Source: an uncultured Rhodothermales bacterium (GTDB lineage Bacteria > Bacteroidota > Rhodothermia > Rhodothermales > Salinibacteraceae). From it: a DNA stretch of 41,902 nt. Position 1 is the stretch's first letter. Every line of letters starts with the position of its first letter. The stretch covers positions 1 through 41,902 of the forward strand of contig CAYFRX010000002.1 of the NCBI GenBank assembly GCA_964345515.1, in the 5' to 3' direction. Under the pieces are notes generated by a model that did no database searches, was not told where the DNA came from, and was given only the letters and a program-made list of their open reading frames with translations. The position numbers and the translations under genes were made by a program. Below are positions 17,943 through 25,996 of this stretch, piece by piece.

Positions 17943-18956
17943 ATGCGCCTCCGTGCCTTCCATCGCCACACGCTTCTCCTTGGCCTCCTCCTGCTGATCA
18001 CCACTCCAGGCGCTCTCCGCGCTCAGTCCCCCGCCGACACGGCGTTGGTGTCGCTGCTACGCGGGACCTCGCTGGAGGTCGGCGCCCTGGTCCAGGCCGA
18101 CGCGCAGGTCGGGGACGACGCCGTCCGGGATGGATTCAATTTGCTAGCGACTCGCCTTCGTCTTCGGGGTGAGGCCCCCGGACTGCAATTCTTTATCCAG
18201 ACCGACTTCATCCGGCATCCCTCGGTGCTCGACGGGCGGCTCCGCGTCCCGCTCTCCTCAAATGCCTCCGTCGCGGCCGGGCTGTATAAGGCGCCGTTCA
18301 GCGCAGAACTTGTGCGATTTCGCGGTGCCCTTCGCTTTTTGGAGCGCTCCAGAGTCGTCAATGCGCTAGCCCCTCAGCGCCAGATTGGTGTGACCGTCCG
18401 CGCCGCCGTTCCCTCGTCACCGCTCCAGTTTGAAGGCGGCCTCTTCAACGGCCCTCAGGGGCTACAGACCAACGACAACAATTCGCTGCTGTACGTCGGG
18501 CGCCTGACGAGTACGGTCCCAGTCCGCGAGGGCACGCTGGACGTGGGCGTGCAGGCCGCGTTCAGCAACGACCGCAACGTGACGATCCCCTCCGTGGCGA
18601 ACTCGTTTCGCGGCCAGCGGACGCTTTTCGGATTGGATGCCGAGTTTCAGAACGAGAACTGGCTGCTAGCCGCCACGTGGATCACGGCCTCCTTGGATCC
18701 GCCCAACCGCTCCAGCTACCAGCCGTGGGGGTATTATGCGACCGTTGGCTACCACGTTGCCCCCCGTCATCAGCTGCTGCTCCGCCTCGACGGGTTTTCC
18801 GACGGGCAACCCGCCACCATGGAGGACGAACGGCTCATCGCGGGCTACACCCTCTTTTGGACCACGGCGCTCAAATTTCAGGTCAACTACTCGGCCCCAC
18901 TCGACGCAATCGACACGGGCGTGCTGAGGGCTCGGCTGCAGTTGGCGCTCAACTAG
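17943..18956 (+). CDS. Outer-membrane anion-selective porin, OprO/OprP (phosphate-selective porin O/P) family-like
   Basis: Start at ATG 17943 with a signal peptide (MRLRAFHRHTLLLGLLLLITTPGALRAQS). Family-like core GLYKAPFSAELVRFRGALRFLERSRVVNALAPQRQIGV. Alternating beta-strand pattern continues to the C-terminus. Confidence 0.65.
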   Translation: MRLRAFHRHTLLLGLLLLITTPGALRAQSPADTALVSLLRGTSLEVGALVQADAQVGDDAVRDGFNLLATRLRLRGEAPGLQFFIQTDFIRHPSVLDGRLRVPLSSNASVAAGLYKAPFSAELVRFRGALRFLERSRVVNALAPQRQIGVTVRAAVPSSPLQFEGGLFNGPQGLQTNDNNSLLYVGRLTSTVPVREGTLDVGVQAAFSNDRNVTIPSVANSFRGQRTLFGLDAEFQNENWLLAATWITASLDPPNRSSYQPWGYYATVGYHVAPRHQLLLRLDGFSDGQPATMEDERLIAGYTLFWTTALKFQVNYSAPLDAIDTGVLRARLQLALN

Positions 18957-18981
18957 GCGAACCAGCGCGTGGGCGCACCTG

Positions 18982-19395
18982 TCAGGGCCGGCGCCCGGTC
19001 CCGCACGGCATGAGCTCCAGAACGATGCCCGACTCGCCCGCACGATGAAGCTGATTCCGCACTTGGACGTGGTACCATCGCCATGCGCCCTGACCGGTTT
19101 TTAGCTGCACGACCCACTCGGCCCGCTGACGGTGGTGACCCGCCATCTCGGCGAGTTCCCACATGACGTGTGTTTGCTGGTGCTCCCGGATGAGCTTAAA
19201 GAAACAGGGCTGAATCCGCTGTGCGGAATAGTATCCTAGCATCTGCCGGGCGAGTTTGCTGATGCGCTGGATCCGTCCGTTCGCATCGAGCACGATCTGT
19301 GCTCGGTGTTCCTTGGGTTCGACCGGAGGCAGAAATTGGAAGTCCCTTGCAACAGATTCAGAACGAGAGGTGTGCGGTGCCGTATCTTGCTCCAT
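18982..19395 (-). CDS. Standalone PAS-domain protein
   Basis: 137 aa. PAS-like pattern QIVLDANGRIQRISKLARQMLGY ... AEWVVQLKTGQGAWRWYHVQVRNQL ... GIVLEL. No output domain. Confidence 0.6.
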   Translation of the reverse strand: MEQDTAPHTSRSESVARDFQFLPPVEPKEHRAQIVLDANGRIQRISKLARQMLGYYSAQRIQPCFFKLIREHQQTHVMWELAEMAGHHRQRAEWVVQLKTGQGAWRWYHVQVRNQLHRAGESGIVLELMPCGTGRRP

Positions 19396-19994
19396 ACAAA
19401 AACACCTGTATCATACCGAGAGGAGGGGTCGTGCTCCAGCAGCACAACGAGGATGAGAGCAGTCAGTGATCGCCGGGGCGCCACCTGCTGGGAGATATAA
19501 TTTAGGCATTCGTCGGCGAGGAACTTACCAGATTTAGCCTACGCACGCCCGACTTTCGGCTGATCTCCCTGTAGCGATAGCGCTCTCCCCATAGCGCTTT
19601 TGCTCATTCCCCCAGGGCACACGCAGTGACACATGAAGATGCCGTCGTCGGGCGGGCACAGGCCGTGCCGGAAACGCTTCCACGGCTCTTAAACATGCGC
19701 AGCGGGACCAGCCCGATGCCCCACTGATCCATCATCCACCCCCTGCGGATCCATCGGGCCGGTCAATCCGTCTGCGCAACTCGGACTTGGTAACAACGTC
19801 AGCAGGATCAACCCGTCGTGAGTTGAACTGCTTTGAATCTGTTCTTATGATGTAGAACGTGGCGTCTTGAGTTTGACGGGGATTCCTTGATCCCGATGTG
19901 GCACGCACCCTGATCGTCGCGTGGGAAATTTTCTTACACCGCATGCGGCTTTTGTTCTGCGGGACTGCGATCATTCCGCCCTACATGCGGTATA

Positions 19995-20013
19995 GGGAAC
20001 GAAACGGGAACGA
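19995..20013. repeat. 8-bp direct repeat GGGAACGA x2 with an 11-bp period, about 140 nt upstream of the response-regulator start
   Basis: Read directly: 19995-20002 and 20006-20013. The helical-turn spacing fits a dimeric DNA-binding site, but function is unknown. Confidence 0.7.
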
Positions 20014-20152
20014 TTGACCAGGATCCAATCGCGCCGTTCACCCCAACGACTCGGTGGGTTCGGAGGCGCTTTTCAGGCTACCGCTCCTCGTGCCAGGCTG
20101 CCACCTTTCCCTCTGCCCCAACTGTTCTCGCGCCATCACCGCTCAGCCCGCG

Positions 20153-20812
20153 ATGAGCCACCGAATCTTCGTCGTCGACGATCACCCTGTCATGCGGCGC
20201 GGCTACGCGTATCTCATCGATGCGGAAATGGACCTTGGGATCTGCGGGGAAGCCGAGTCGGCGCGTGAAGCCCTGGACCGGATTCCGGAAACCGACCCCG
20301 ACCTGGCCATCGTTGACCTCACCCTGAAGGGCATGGGCGGGCTGGAGCTAATCAAACGCCTCCAGTCGCAGCATCCCGGCGTGCTCATCCTGGTCGTGTC
20401 CATGCACGACGAGACGCTGTACGCGGACCGGGCCTTGCGGGCCGGAGCCCGCGGGTATATCATGAAGAGCGAAGTCGAATCGGCGGTGGGGGAGGCGATT
20501 CAGCATATCTTGAAGGGCGGCGTTTACGTAAGCGAGGAGCTGAGCACCAAGATTTTGCTCCAGTATGCCGGCGGCGCCTCCGGCGAGGAAGAGTCGGCGC
20601 TGGAGCGCTTGAGCGATCGAGAGCTGGAGGTTTTCGAATATATGGGCCGGGGCTTCACCACGCGCGAGATTGCCGAAAAGCTAGCCCTCAGCCCGAAGAC
20701 CATCGACTCGTACCGGTCGCGCATCAAAGACAAAATGGCCGTCGATAGCAACAATGAGCTGACCCGCCGCGCGGTCCTCTGGGTGGAGAGCCAGGACCAT
20801 CAAACGCCCTAA
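20153..20812 (+). CDS. NarL/FixJ-family response regulator (REC domain plus LuxR-type HTH)
   Basis: Start at ATG 20153 (MSHRIFVVDDHPVMRRG). REC features are DLAIVDLTLKGMGG and the VVSMHDE block. The C-terminal HTH is LSDRELEVFEYMGRGFTTREIAEKLALSPKTIDSYRSRIKDKM. Confidence 0.9.
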   Translation: MSHRIFVVDDHPVMRRGYAYLIDAEMDLGICGEAESAREALDRIPETDPDLAIVDLTLKGMGGLELIKRLQSQHPGVLILVVSMHDETLYADRALRAGARGYIMKSEVESAVGEAIQHILKGGVYVSEELSTKILLQYAGGASGEEESALERLSDRELEVFEYMGRGFTTREIAEKLALSPKTIDSYRSRIKDKMAVDSNNELTRRAVLWVESQDHQTP

Positions 20813-21498
20813 TCGACGGCCTGGACAGGCTCGACGGTGGTGTGATCGGCCAGTATTGACCGGGCGTCCGGACCGTAGTTGAACAATAAGTCCGCGGCCG
20901 ACATGCCCGGTTCGAAGCCGTCGAAGTTTTGGTGGTACTCCGGCGGATCGAAGTGAAGCGCCCGTACCGCGCCGGCTTCGCCGAAAACCTCCTCGACCTG
21001 CTCCGAAAACGCCACAAGCGTGGGCGCCTCCATCGCATCGAGGATTTGCTGTGTCGTGTGGGGTGCGCCGTCGAGGGTCGAGGCGCGGACGAGCCGCGTC
21101 GTGCCTCCCATCAACTCGTGCAACAACTCGACGGAGGCGCAGGTCAGCGCGCCCAACTGGGTCCATTCACGCTTGAAGAACGGCTCGACCTGCGGTTCGA
21201 AGTACTCGAAGTAGGGCGTGGATCGGTAGTTGTACTGGAACGCCCGCCAATGCTTGCCAATCCACGGATCCTCTTCGTTGATCCGGACCGCATGGATCGG
21301 GTTGTGCTTCTGATGCGCCCGCAGCGGAACGGTGATCCACTGCCAGCCCTGCGGGTTCCGCAGCCGCGCCCGATTCTGGAACGACTGACCGCTGTACGCA
21401 AACGTGTCGGCCAACACGAATCGGTCGACGTGCTGCACGAGCGCCATGTACGGAAGGCGCGGAAAATACTCGGGCGGGAGAATGGCTATGGTATCCAT
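20809..21498 (-). CDS. WbqC-like family protein
   Basis: Start at ATG 21498 (MDTIAILPPEYFPRLPYMALVQHVDRFVLADTFAYSGQSFQNRARLRNPQGWQWITVPL), which matches the WbqC-like family N-terminal pattern. Its stop codon overlaps the response-regulator stop codon. Confidence 0.7.
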   Translation of the reverse strand: MDTIAILPPEYFPRLPYMALVQHVDRFVLADTFAYSGQSFQNRARLRNPQGWQWITVPLRAHQKHNPIHAVRINEEDPWIGKHWRAFQYNYRSTPYFEYFEPQVEPFFKREWTQLGALTCASVELLHELMGGTTRLVRASTLDGAPHTTQQILDAMEAPTLVAFSEQVEEVFGEAGAVRALHFDPPEYHQNFDGFEPGMSAADLLFNYGPDARSILADHTTVEPVQAVD

Positions 21499-21723
21499 AC
21501 AACGACGAAATGGATGGAGACGCCGGATGTGAAAGCAGACACACAATTGACTACACGATTAGAAAAAGTGGATACTTTTACACGCCATCACCACCTGCTG
21601 TCCTGCAATTGTGCAAAGGTTCATTCATATTGAGCTTGTTATTTTCCACTGTAGTTGCCCGCCGGTGTCACGTTCGCGTGGTATTTTCCCGGCGCATCCT
21701 CCTTTCAACGCCCGACCGAATCT

Positions 21724-22590
21724 ATGACTGTCGAACGGTACGACCGCGGCGACACGGTTTCTCCGATCCAACCCGGCTTCAAGTACACCTTCTGGCTTTT
21801 CGTCGGATCCATCGCGTTCAGCATCGCCGGCCTCTTCGTGACGAGGGTGTTTCCTTCCACGATGGCGATCTTCGGCCCCTACTACGCCGACCTGGTTAAG
21901 GCACCAACGTGGACGTACATGGCCGTGCTGCCGATCCTCCCGATCATGATGTATGCCCGAGCGTTGGGATGGCCCCGCATGATTCTGTTCCTGATTTGGG
22001 GTTGCGCCATCGGGGGCGCCAGTGAACTCGCGGGCACCATGAGCTACTGGACCGTCGGTGGATTCGCGCTCCCGTTTGGCGCCTACGAGTACACGCACTG
22101 GCTCGGCCCCAAATTCGGGGGCCACGTGCCCTACTTCATCCCGCTCTCGTGGTTCGCCATGTCGATCGTCTCGCTCGACCTGGCGTATCGCGTCGCGTCG
22201 TCGCGCTGGACGGTGATTGCTACCGCCGCGGCCTTCATGGTTCTGTGGGACGTTTCGCTCGATCCAGCAATGAATCACGTCTTCCCCTTCTGGCAGTACG
22301 GGGCCGACGGATTTTTCTACGGCATGCCCTTCTCCAACTGGGTGGGCTGGTTTGTCATCTCGTTCCTGATTATGATTAGCTACGAATTGATGGGTGGGCT
22401 CGGCGCGCTGAGCACCTGGGCGCCGTGGGTGTACATCCTGAACTGTGCCTTCCCGCTTATGATTTCGGCGCTCCACGGTGTGTTCGGAGCCGTTGCCTTC
22501 GGCGTGCTGGCGACCGCCATCCCGTTTGTCGCCATCTGGTTCCGCCAGCGTCGCCAGACCGATGAGCCTGCGTTCGCCACGCGGGCCTGA
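21724..22590 (+). CDS. cruF: Carotenoid biosynthesis membrane protein, CruF-type carotenoid 1',2'-hydratase (DUF422 family)
   Basis: Start at ATG 21724. Polytopic membrane protein. Family-typical segment WDVSLDPAMNHVFPFWQYGADGFFYGMPFSNWVGWFVISFLIM. Lies directly upstream of crtB. Confidence 0.75.
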   Translation: MTVERYDRGDTVSPIQPGFKYTFWLFVGSIAFSIAGLFVTRVFPSTMAIFGPYYADLVKAPTWTYMAVLPILPIMMYARALGWPRMILFLIWGCAIGGASELAGTMSYWTVGGFALPFGAYEYTHWLGPKFGGHVPYFIPLSWFAMSIVSLDLAYRVASSRWTVIATAAAFMVLWDVSLDPAMNHVFPFWQYGADGFFYGMPFSNWVGWFVISFLIMISYELMGGLGALSTWAPWVYILNCAFPLMISALHGVFGAVAFGVLATAIPFVAIWFRQRRQTDEPAFATRA

Positions 22591-22629
22591 CCCCGCCCTC
22601 CTGCCCTGCAGACCACCTCCTTCGTCCCC

Positions 22630-23544
22630 ATGTCGCCCCCGACCCTAACGACTCAGGCCGACGAGGATCGATGGATCTGGCAGTCGTTTCGCTACCACTC
22701 CCGGACGTTCTCGCTGGCGGCCCGTTTACTGCCGCGGACCGTGCAGATGCCTGTGGCCACGCTGTACCTGTTTTGCCGGAAGGTGGACTCCATCGCCGAC
22801 CAGCGTGTGCTGGAGGTCGGCGCCGCGCAAGCGCTCGATGAGGTGCACGCCCTCAAGCAGTGCCTCGACGCTACCCTGGCCGGCCATCCGCCCGACGACC
22901 GTGTGCTGTGGCGGCGACTCGCGGGCGTGCACGAAGCCTACACGCTGGACCGCGGGCCGCTCTACGAGCTCATCGAGGGCGCCATCTGGGACCTGGAGGA
23001 CCGACCCGTCGAATCGCTGGACGACTTGGTGGATTATTCGAACCTGGTCGGCGGAAGCGTCGGGGCGATGATGCTGCCGTTCTTGGCTTCGGAGCCGTCC
23101 ACGCGCTCTGACCTCGAAGCCCCCGCTCGCTCGCTGGGCATTGCCATGCAGATCACCAACATCCTGCGTGACGTGGGCGAAGATTGGCGCCGGCTCGGCC
23201 GCGTCTACCTGCCGCTCGACTGGTTATGCCAGCACGACCTGACGCCTGAGGACTTGGACGATGCCTCGCTCCCGGCCACCTATCCGTCGCTGCTGGAGGC
23301 TACCATGGAAGCGGCCGAAGTCCGGTATCGGTCAAGCGTCGCCGGGATCGATGCACTTCCCATCCAAACGCGCATTGGGATTCGAGCGGCGGCCCGAATG
23401 TACCGCGAAATCATGAACGAGGTGCGCGCCCTCGATTACAATAATATCAATCATCGCGCGTACGTCTCGCTCGGACGGAAGCTATGGCTCGTCGTGCACG
23501 ACGATTATGCGCGCCGGAAAGCTCGATTGGTCGCTCGCCGCTAG
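22630..23544 (+). CDS. crtB: Phytoene synthase
   Basis: 304 aa. Squalene/phytoene synthase signatures YLFCRKVDSIADQ, YSNLVGGSVGAMMLPFL and LGIAMQITNILRDVGEDWRRLGRVYLPLDWL. Confidence 0.9.
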   Translation: MSPPTLTTQADEDRWIWQSFRYHSRTFSLAARLLPRTVQMPVATLYLFCRKVDSIADQRVLEVGAAQALDEVHALKQCLDATLAGHPPDDRVLWRRLAGVHEAYTLDRGPLYELIEGAIWDLEDRPVESLDDLVDYSNLVGGSVGAMMLPFLASEPSTRSDLEAPARSLGIAMQITNILRDVGEDWRRLGRVYLPLDWLCQHDLTPEDLDDASLPATYPSLLEATMEAAEVRYRSSVAGIDALPIQTRIGIRAAARMYREIMNEVRALDYNNINHRAYVSLGRKLWLVVHDDYARRKARLVARR

Positions 23545-23550
23545 TGCCTT

Positions 23551-24234
23551 ATGATGCGACGCCTTGTGTCGGCCCTCATGCGCTACGAACTGCACCGTTC
23601 ATTCCGCCGCATCTGCTGGGTAGGCGATTGGCCGGCGCTGCCCCCCGAGACCCCGCTCGTGATTTATGCGAACCACCATCACTTCTACGACGGCCACCTT
23701 CTCTGGTGGCTCATCACTCAAACCCTGGACCGGCCGGGGACCACGTGGATGGCCGACTGGGATCGGTTTCCTTTTTTTGCAGCCGCGGGCGCTCAGCCGT
23801 TTCCGCCGGAGGCGCCGGCCCGCCGCCGCGCCACGCTACGCCGCACCGCGCGCCGCTTTCGCACCAATCCTGACACGATCCTTGCCTATTTTCCAGAGGG
23901 CCAGCTCCACCCGCCCGACGACGGCATTGCCCCCTTCGATGACCATCATCTTGAGCAGCTGGGGCGCCTCTTTCCCGACGCTCAGTGGTGGCCCCTCGCG
24001 ATTCACGTCACCTGGTGGGGCGATGCCTTCCCCACCGCTCTGCTGACCGGCGGCCGTCTGCACCCGCATCCGCCCTCCAACGGCCGCGCCCAACTGGAGC
24101 AGCACTGGAACGCGCTCCGCCAGAAACGGCCGCCCAGCGCCGAAACGTTGTTTGAAGGCCGCCGTAGCCCGTCGGATCGATGGAGCTTTTCTTTCGCGCG
24201 GTCTTTCTTCGAACGATACCTCACTCCCCGCTGA
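23551..24234 (+). CDS. PlsC-type acyltransferase, probable carotenoid glycoside acyltransferase (CruD-like)
   Basis: 227 aa. The H-x4-D acyltransferase motif lies in YANHHHFYDG, and the FPEG motif in AYFPEGQLHPPDD. Located between crtB and the GT2 gene. Confidence 0.7.
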   Translation: MMRRLVSALMRYELHRSFRRICWVGDWPALPPETPLVIYANHHHFYDGHLLWWLITQTLDRPGTTWMADWDRFPFFAAAGAQPFPPEAPARRRATLRRTARRFRTNPDTILAYFPEGQLHPPDDGIAPFDDHHLEQLGRLFPDAQWWPLAIHVTWWGDAFPTALLTGGRLHPHPPSNGRAQLEQHWNALRQKRPPSAETLFEGRRSPSDRWSFSFARSFFERYLTPR

Positions 24235-24860
24235 TGATCGTTCTCTTCCTGACCCTCACGATGCTGTCCGTGGACTCAACATTTACCGCTGCCACCCAGA
24301 CGCACTACGCGCAGCAGGACGCCGGCGCGCTTCAGCACCTCCTGAAGGATGCCGACACCCGCTTCGAGGAACTCCTCTGCCGGTACCGCCTGTATCCGCT
24401 CACGGAGCGTGGTTCCCTGCTCCGCGACCTACCCACCCAGTTGGAGGACGGCTCAGCTCGTGAGTTGGCGCTCCTGTCCGGGCTCTGGGGCTACCGGGCC
24501 GCCCGCGCCTCCCTCTTCGCGGCCATCCAGTACGGCCAGCGGTCCCAGCACCTCCTGGAAGCCGCGAAGGGCAACGATCCGGACGATCCTTTCGTGCTGC
24601 TCGTCGAAGGGCAGTCGCTCATCTTCAAGCCCCGGATTGCGGGTCGCGACGAAGAGGCGGCGCTCGATCGGTTCGAGCGGCTTTGTGAGATGCTGCAACG
24701 CCTCCCATCCGGCATGGGGATCTCGGTGATGGAAGCCGAGCTCTGGCGCTGGTATGCCCTGCATCGGTTGAAGATTGACCGCGCGCCGACACTCCGTGAC
24801 GAACTGCTTGCCGCCGGGCCCCCGCCGCTCTATCGCCAATTCTTGCAAGATCCCCCCTGA
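24234..24860 (+). CDS. Hypothetical exported or membrane-anchored helical protein, function unknown
   Basis: ATG 24234 overlaps the upstream TGA by 1 nt (TGATG). Hydrophobic N-terminus MIVLFLTLTMLSVDSTF. The rest looks helical-repeat-like, and I recognise no catalytic motif. Confidence 0.55.
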   Translation: MIVLFLTLTMLSVDSTFTAATQTHYAQQDAGALQHLLKDADTRFEELLCRYRLYPLTERGSLLRDLPTQLEDGSARELALLSGLWGYRAARASLFAAIQYGQRSQHLLEAAKGNDPDDPFVLLVEGQSLIFKPRIAGRDEEAALDRFERLCEMLQRLPSGMGISVMEAELWRWYALHRLKIDRAPTLRDELLAAGPPPLYRQFLQDPP

Positions 24861-24907
24861 CCGGCGCTCCCCCCTTGCTGTCGTCTGTTCTGGATTGTTC
24901 TGCCCTC

Positions 24908-25996
24908 ATGGCCTTGGATGTTCTGATTAACAGCGCCGCCTGGCTGCTAGCGCTCGTGCACGTAGGACTCTGGTGCGTGCTCGCCGGCAACCTGTGGTAC
25001 CTGCACCGACACCGCCAGCGCACAGCGCTTGACGTGCCGCCCTCGTTGTCGGTGCTGATTCCGGCACGCAATGAGGCCCGCAACCTGGAGCGACTTCTGC
25101 CCTCGCTGCTCGTGCAAGAGCATCCGGCCTTCGAAGTCATCGTTTATGACGACGGTTCCGAGGATAGCACATGGGACGTGCTACAGTCCGTGGACGACCC
25201 GCGGCTGACGGCGGTGCAGGGTAGCGGGCCGCCGTCCGGTTGGGTCGGTAAGGTGCACGCGCTCTACCAAGCCACCCGCCACGCGTCGGGATCACAGTAC
25301 CTGTTCCTCGACGCCGACGCCAGGCTGAACGACGCCGGCGCGCTCCACCGGCTGGCCGAGCGCTTCGCCGCCCTCCCGCCCGCCTCCGTGCTAACGGGCC
25401 TCACGCACCTGCGGGGCGGCGCTGCGCCACTCGTGAGCATGGTGCCGAACGCGATCCTGATCGGGCTGCCGTGGCCGCTCGTCAAACGCGCCCCGAGCCC
25501 CAAACTCAGCGCGCTCAATGGCCAGTGCTGGATGATTGACGCCCATGCCTACCACGAACACGAACCGCACGAAGCGCTCCCCAACGAGGTGCTGGAAGAT
25601 GTCATGATTGGCCGCCACCTGAAGCGTCAGGGCTTGCTGCCGGTGCTGGTCGACGTGCAGCAGGAGGTGTCTATCCACATGTACGACAACTTCTCCGCCG
25701 CGTGGCGCGGCTTCCGGAAGAACGCCTACCTCATTTTGGGCGGGGCGCCGCTGCCCTTCATCGGATTGTTTCTCTACTTCCTGCTCGTGTTCGTGCTCGC
25801 CCCCCTGGTTGCGCCGTGGTACCTCGCTTCCATCTATGGCCTCAAGGCGGTAACCGACCGGGTTAGCGGCTTTCCGTGGTGGGTTACAGCGCTGGCCCCC
25901 CTCAGCTACCTGACCAGCAGCGCCCTGCAACTCGACTCCGCGTTCAGCCACTGGCGCGGGCGGGTCGCCTGGAAAGGGCGCCGCGTGGGCGCGTGA
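24908..25996 (+). CDS. Family 2 glycosyltransferase, probable carotenoid glycosyltransferase (CruC-like)
   Basis: GT2 motifs SVLIPARNEARNLERLLPSLLVQEHPAFEVIVYDDGSEDST and FLDADA, with N- and C-terminal transmembrane segments. ATG 24908 is preferred over TTG 24875. Confidence 0.8.
   Translation: MALDVLINSAAWLLALVHVGLWCVLAGNLWYLHRHRQRTALDVPPSLSVLIPARNEARNLERLLPSLLVQEHPAFEVIVYDDGSEDSTWDVLQSVDDPRLTAVQGSGPPSGWVGKVHALYQATRHASGSQYLFLDADARLNDAGALHRLAERFAALPPASVLTGLTHLRGGAAPLVSMVPNAILIGLPWPLVKRAPSPKLSALNGQCWMIDAHAYHEHEPHEALPNEVLEDVMIGRHLKRQGLLPVLVDVQQEVSIHMYDNFSAAWRGFRKNAYLILGGAPLPFIGLFLYFLLVFVLAPLVAPWYLASIYGLKAVTDRVSGFPWWVTALAPLSYLTSSALQLDSAFSHWRGRVAWKGRRVGA

Noticed and set aside
19732-19974. 80-aa minus-strand ORF in the long PAS/regulator intergenic region
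   Set aside because: It is highly basic (Arg/Lys/Ser-rich), unlike the acidic proteome here. I see no ribosome-binding context and no motif.
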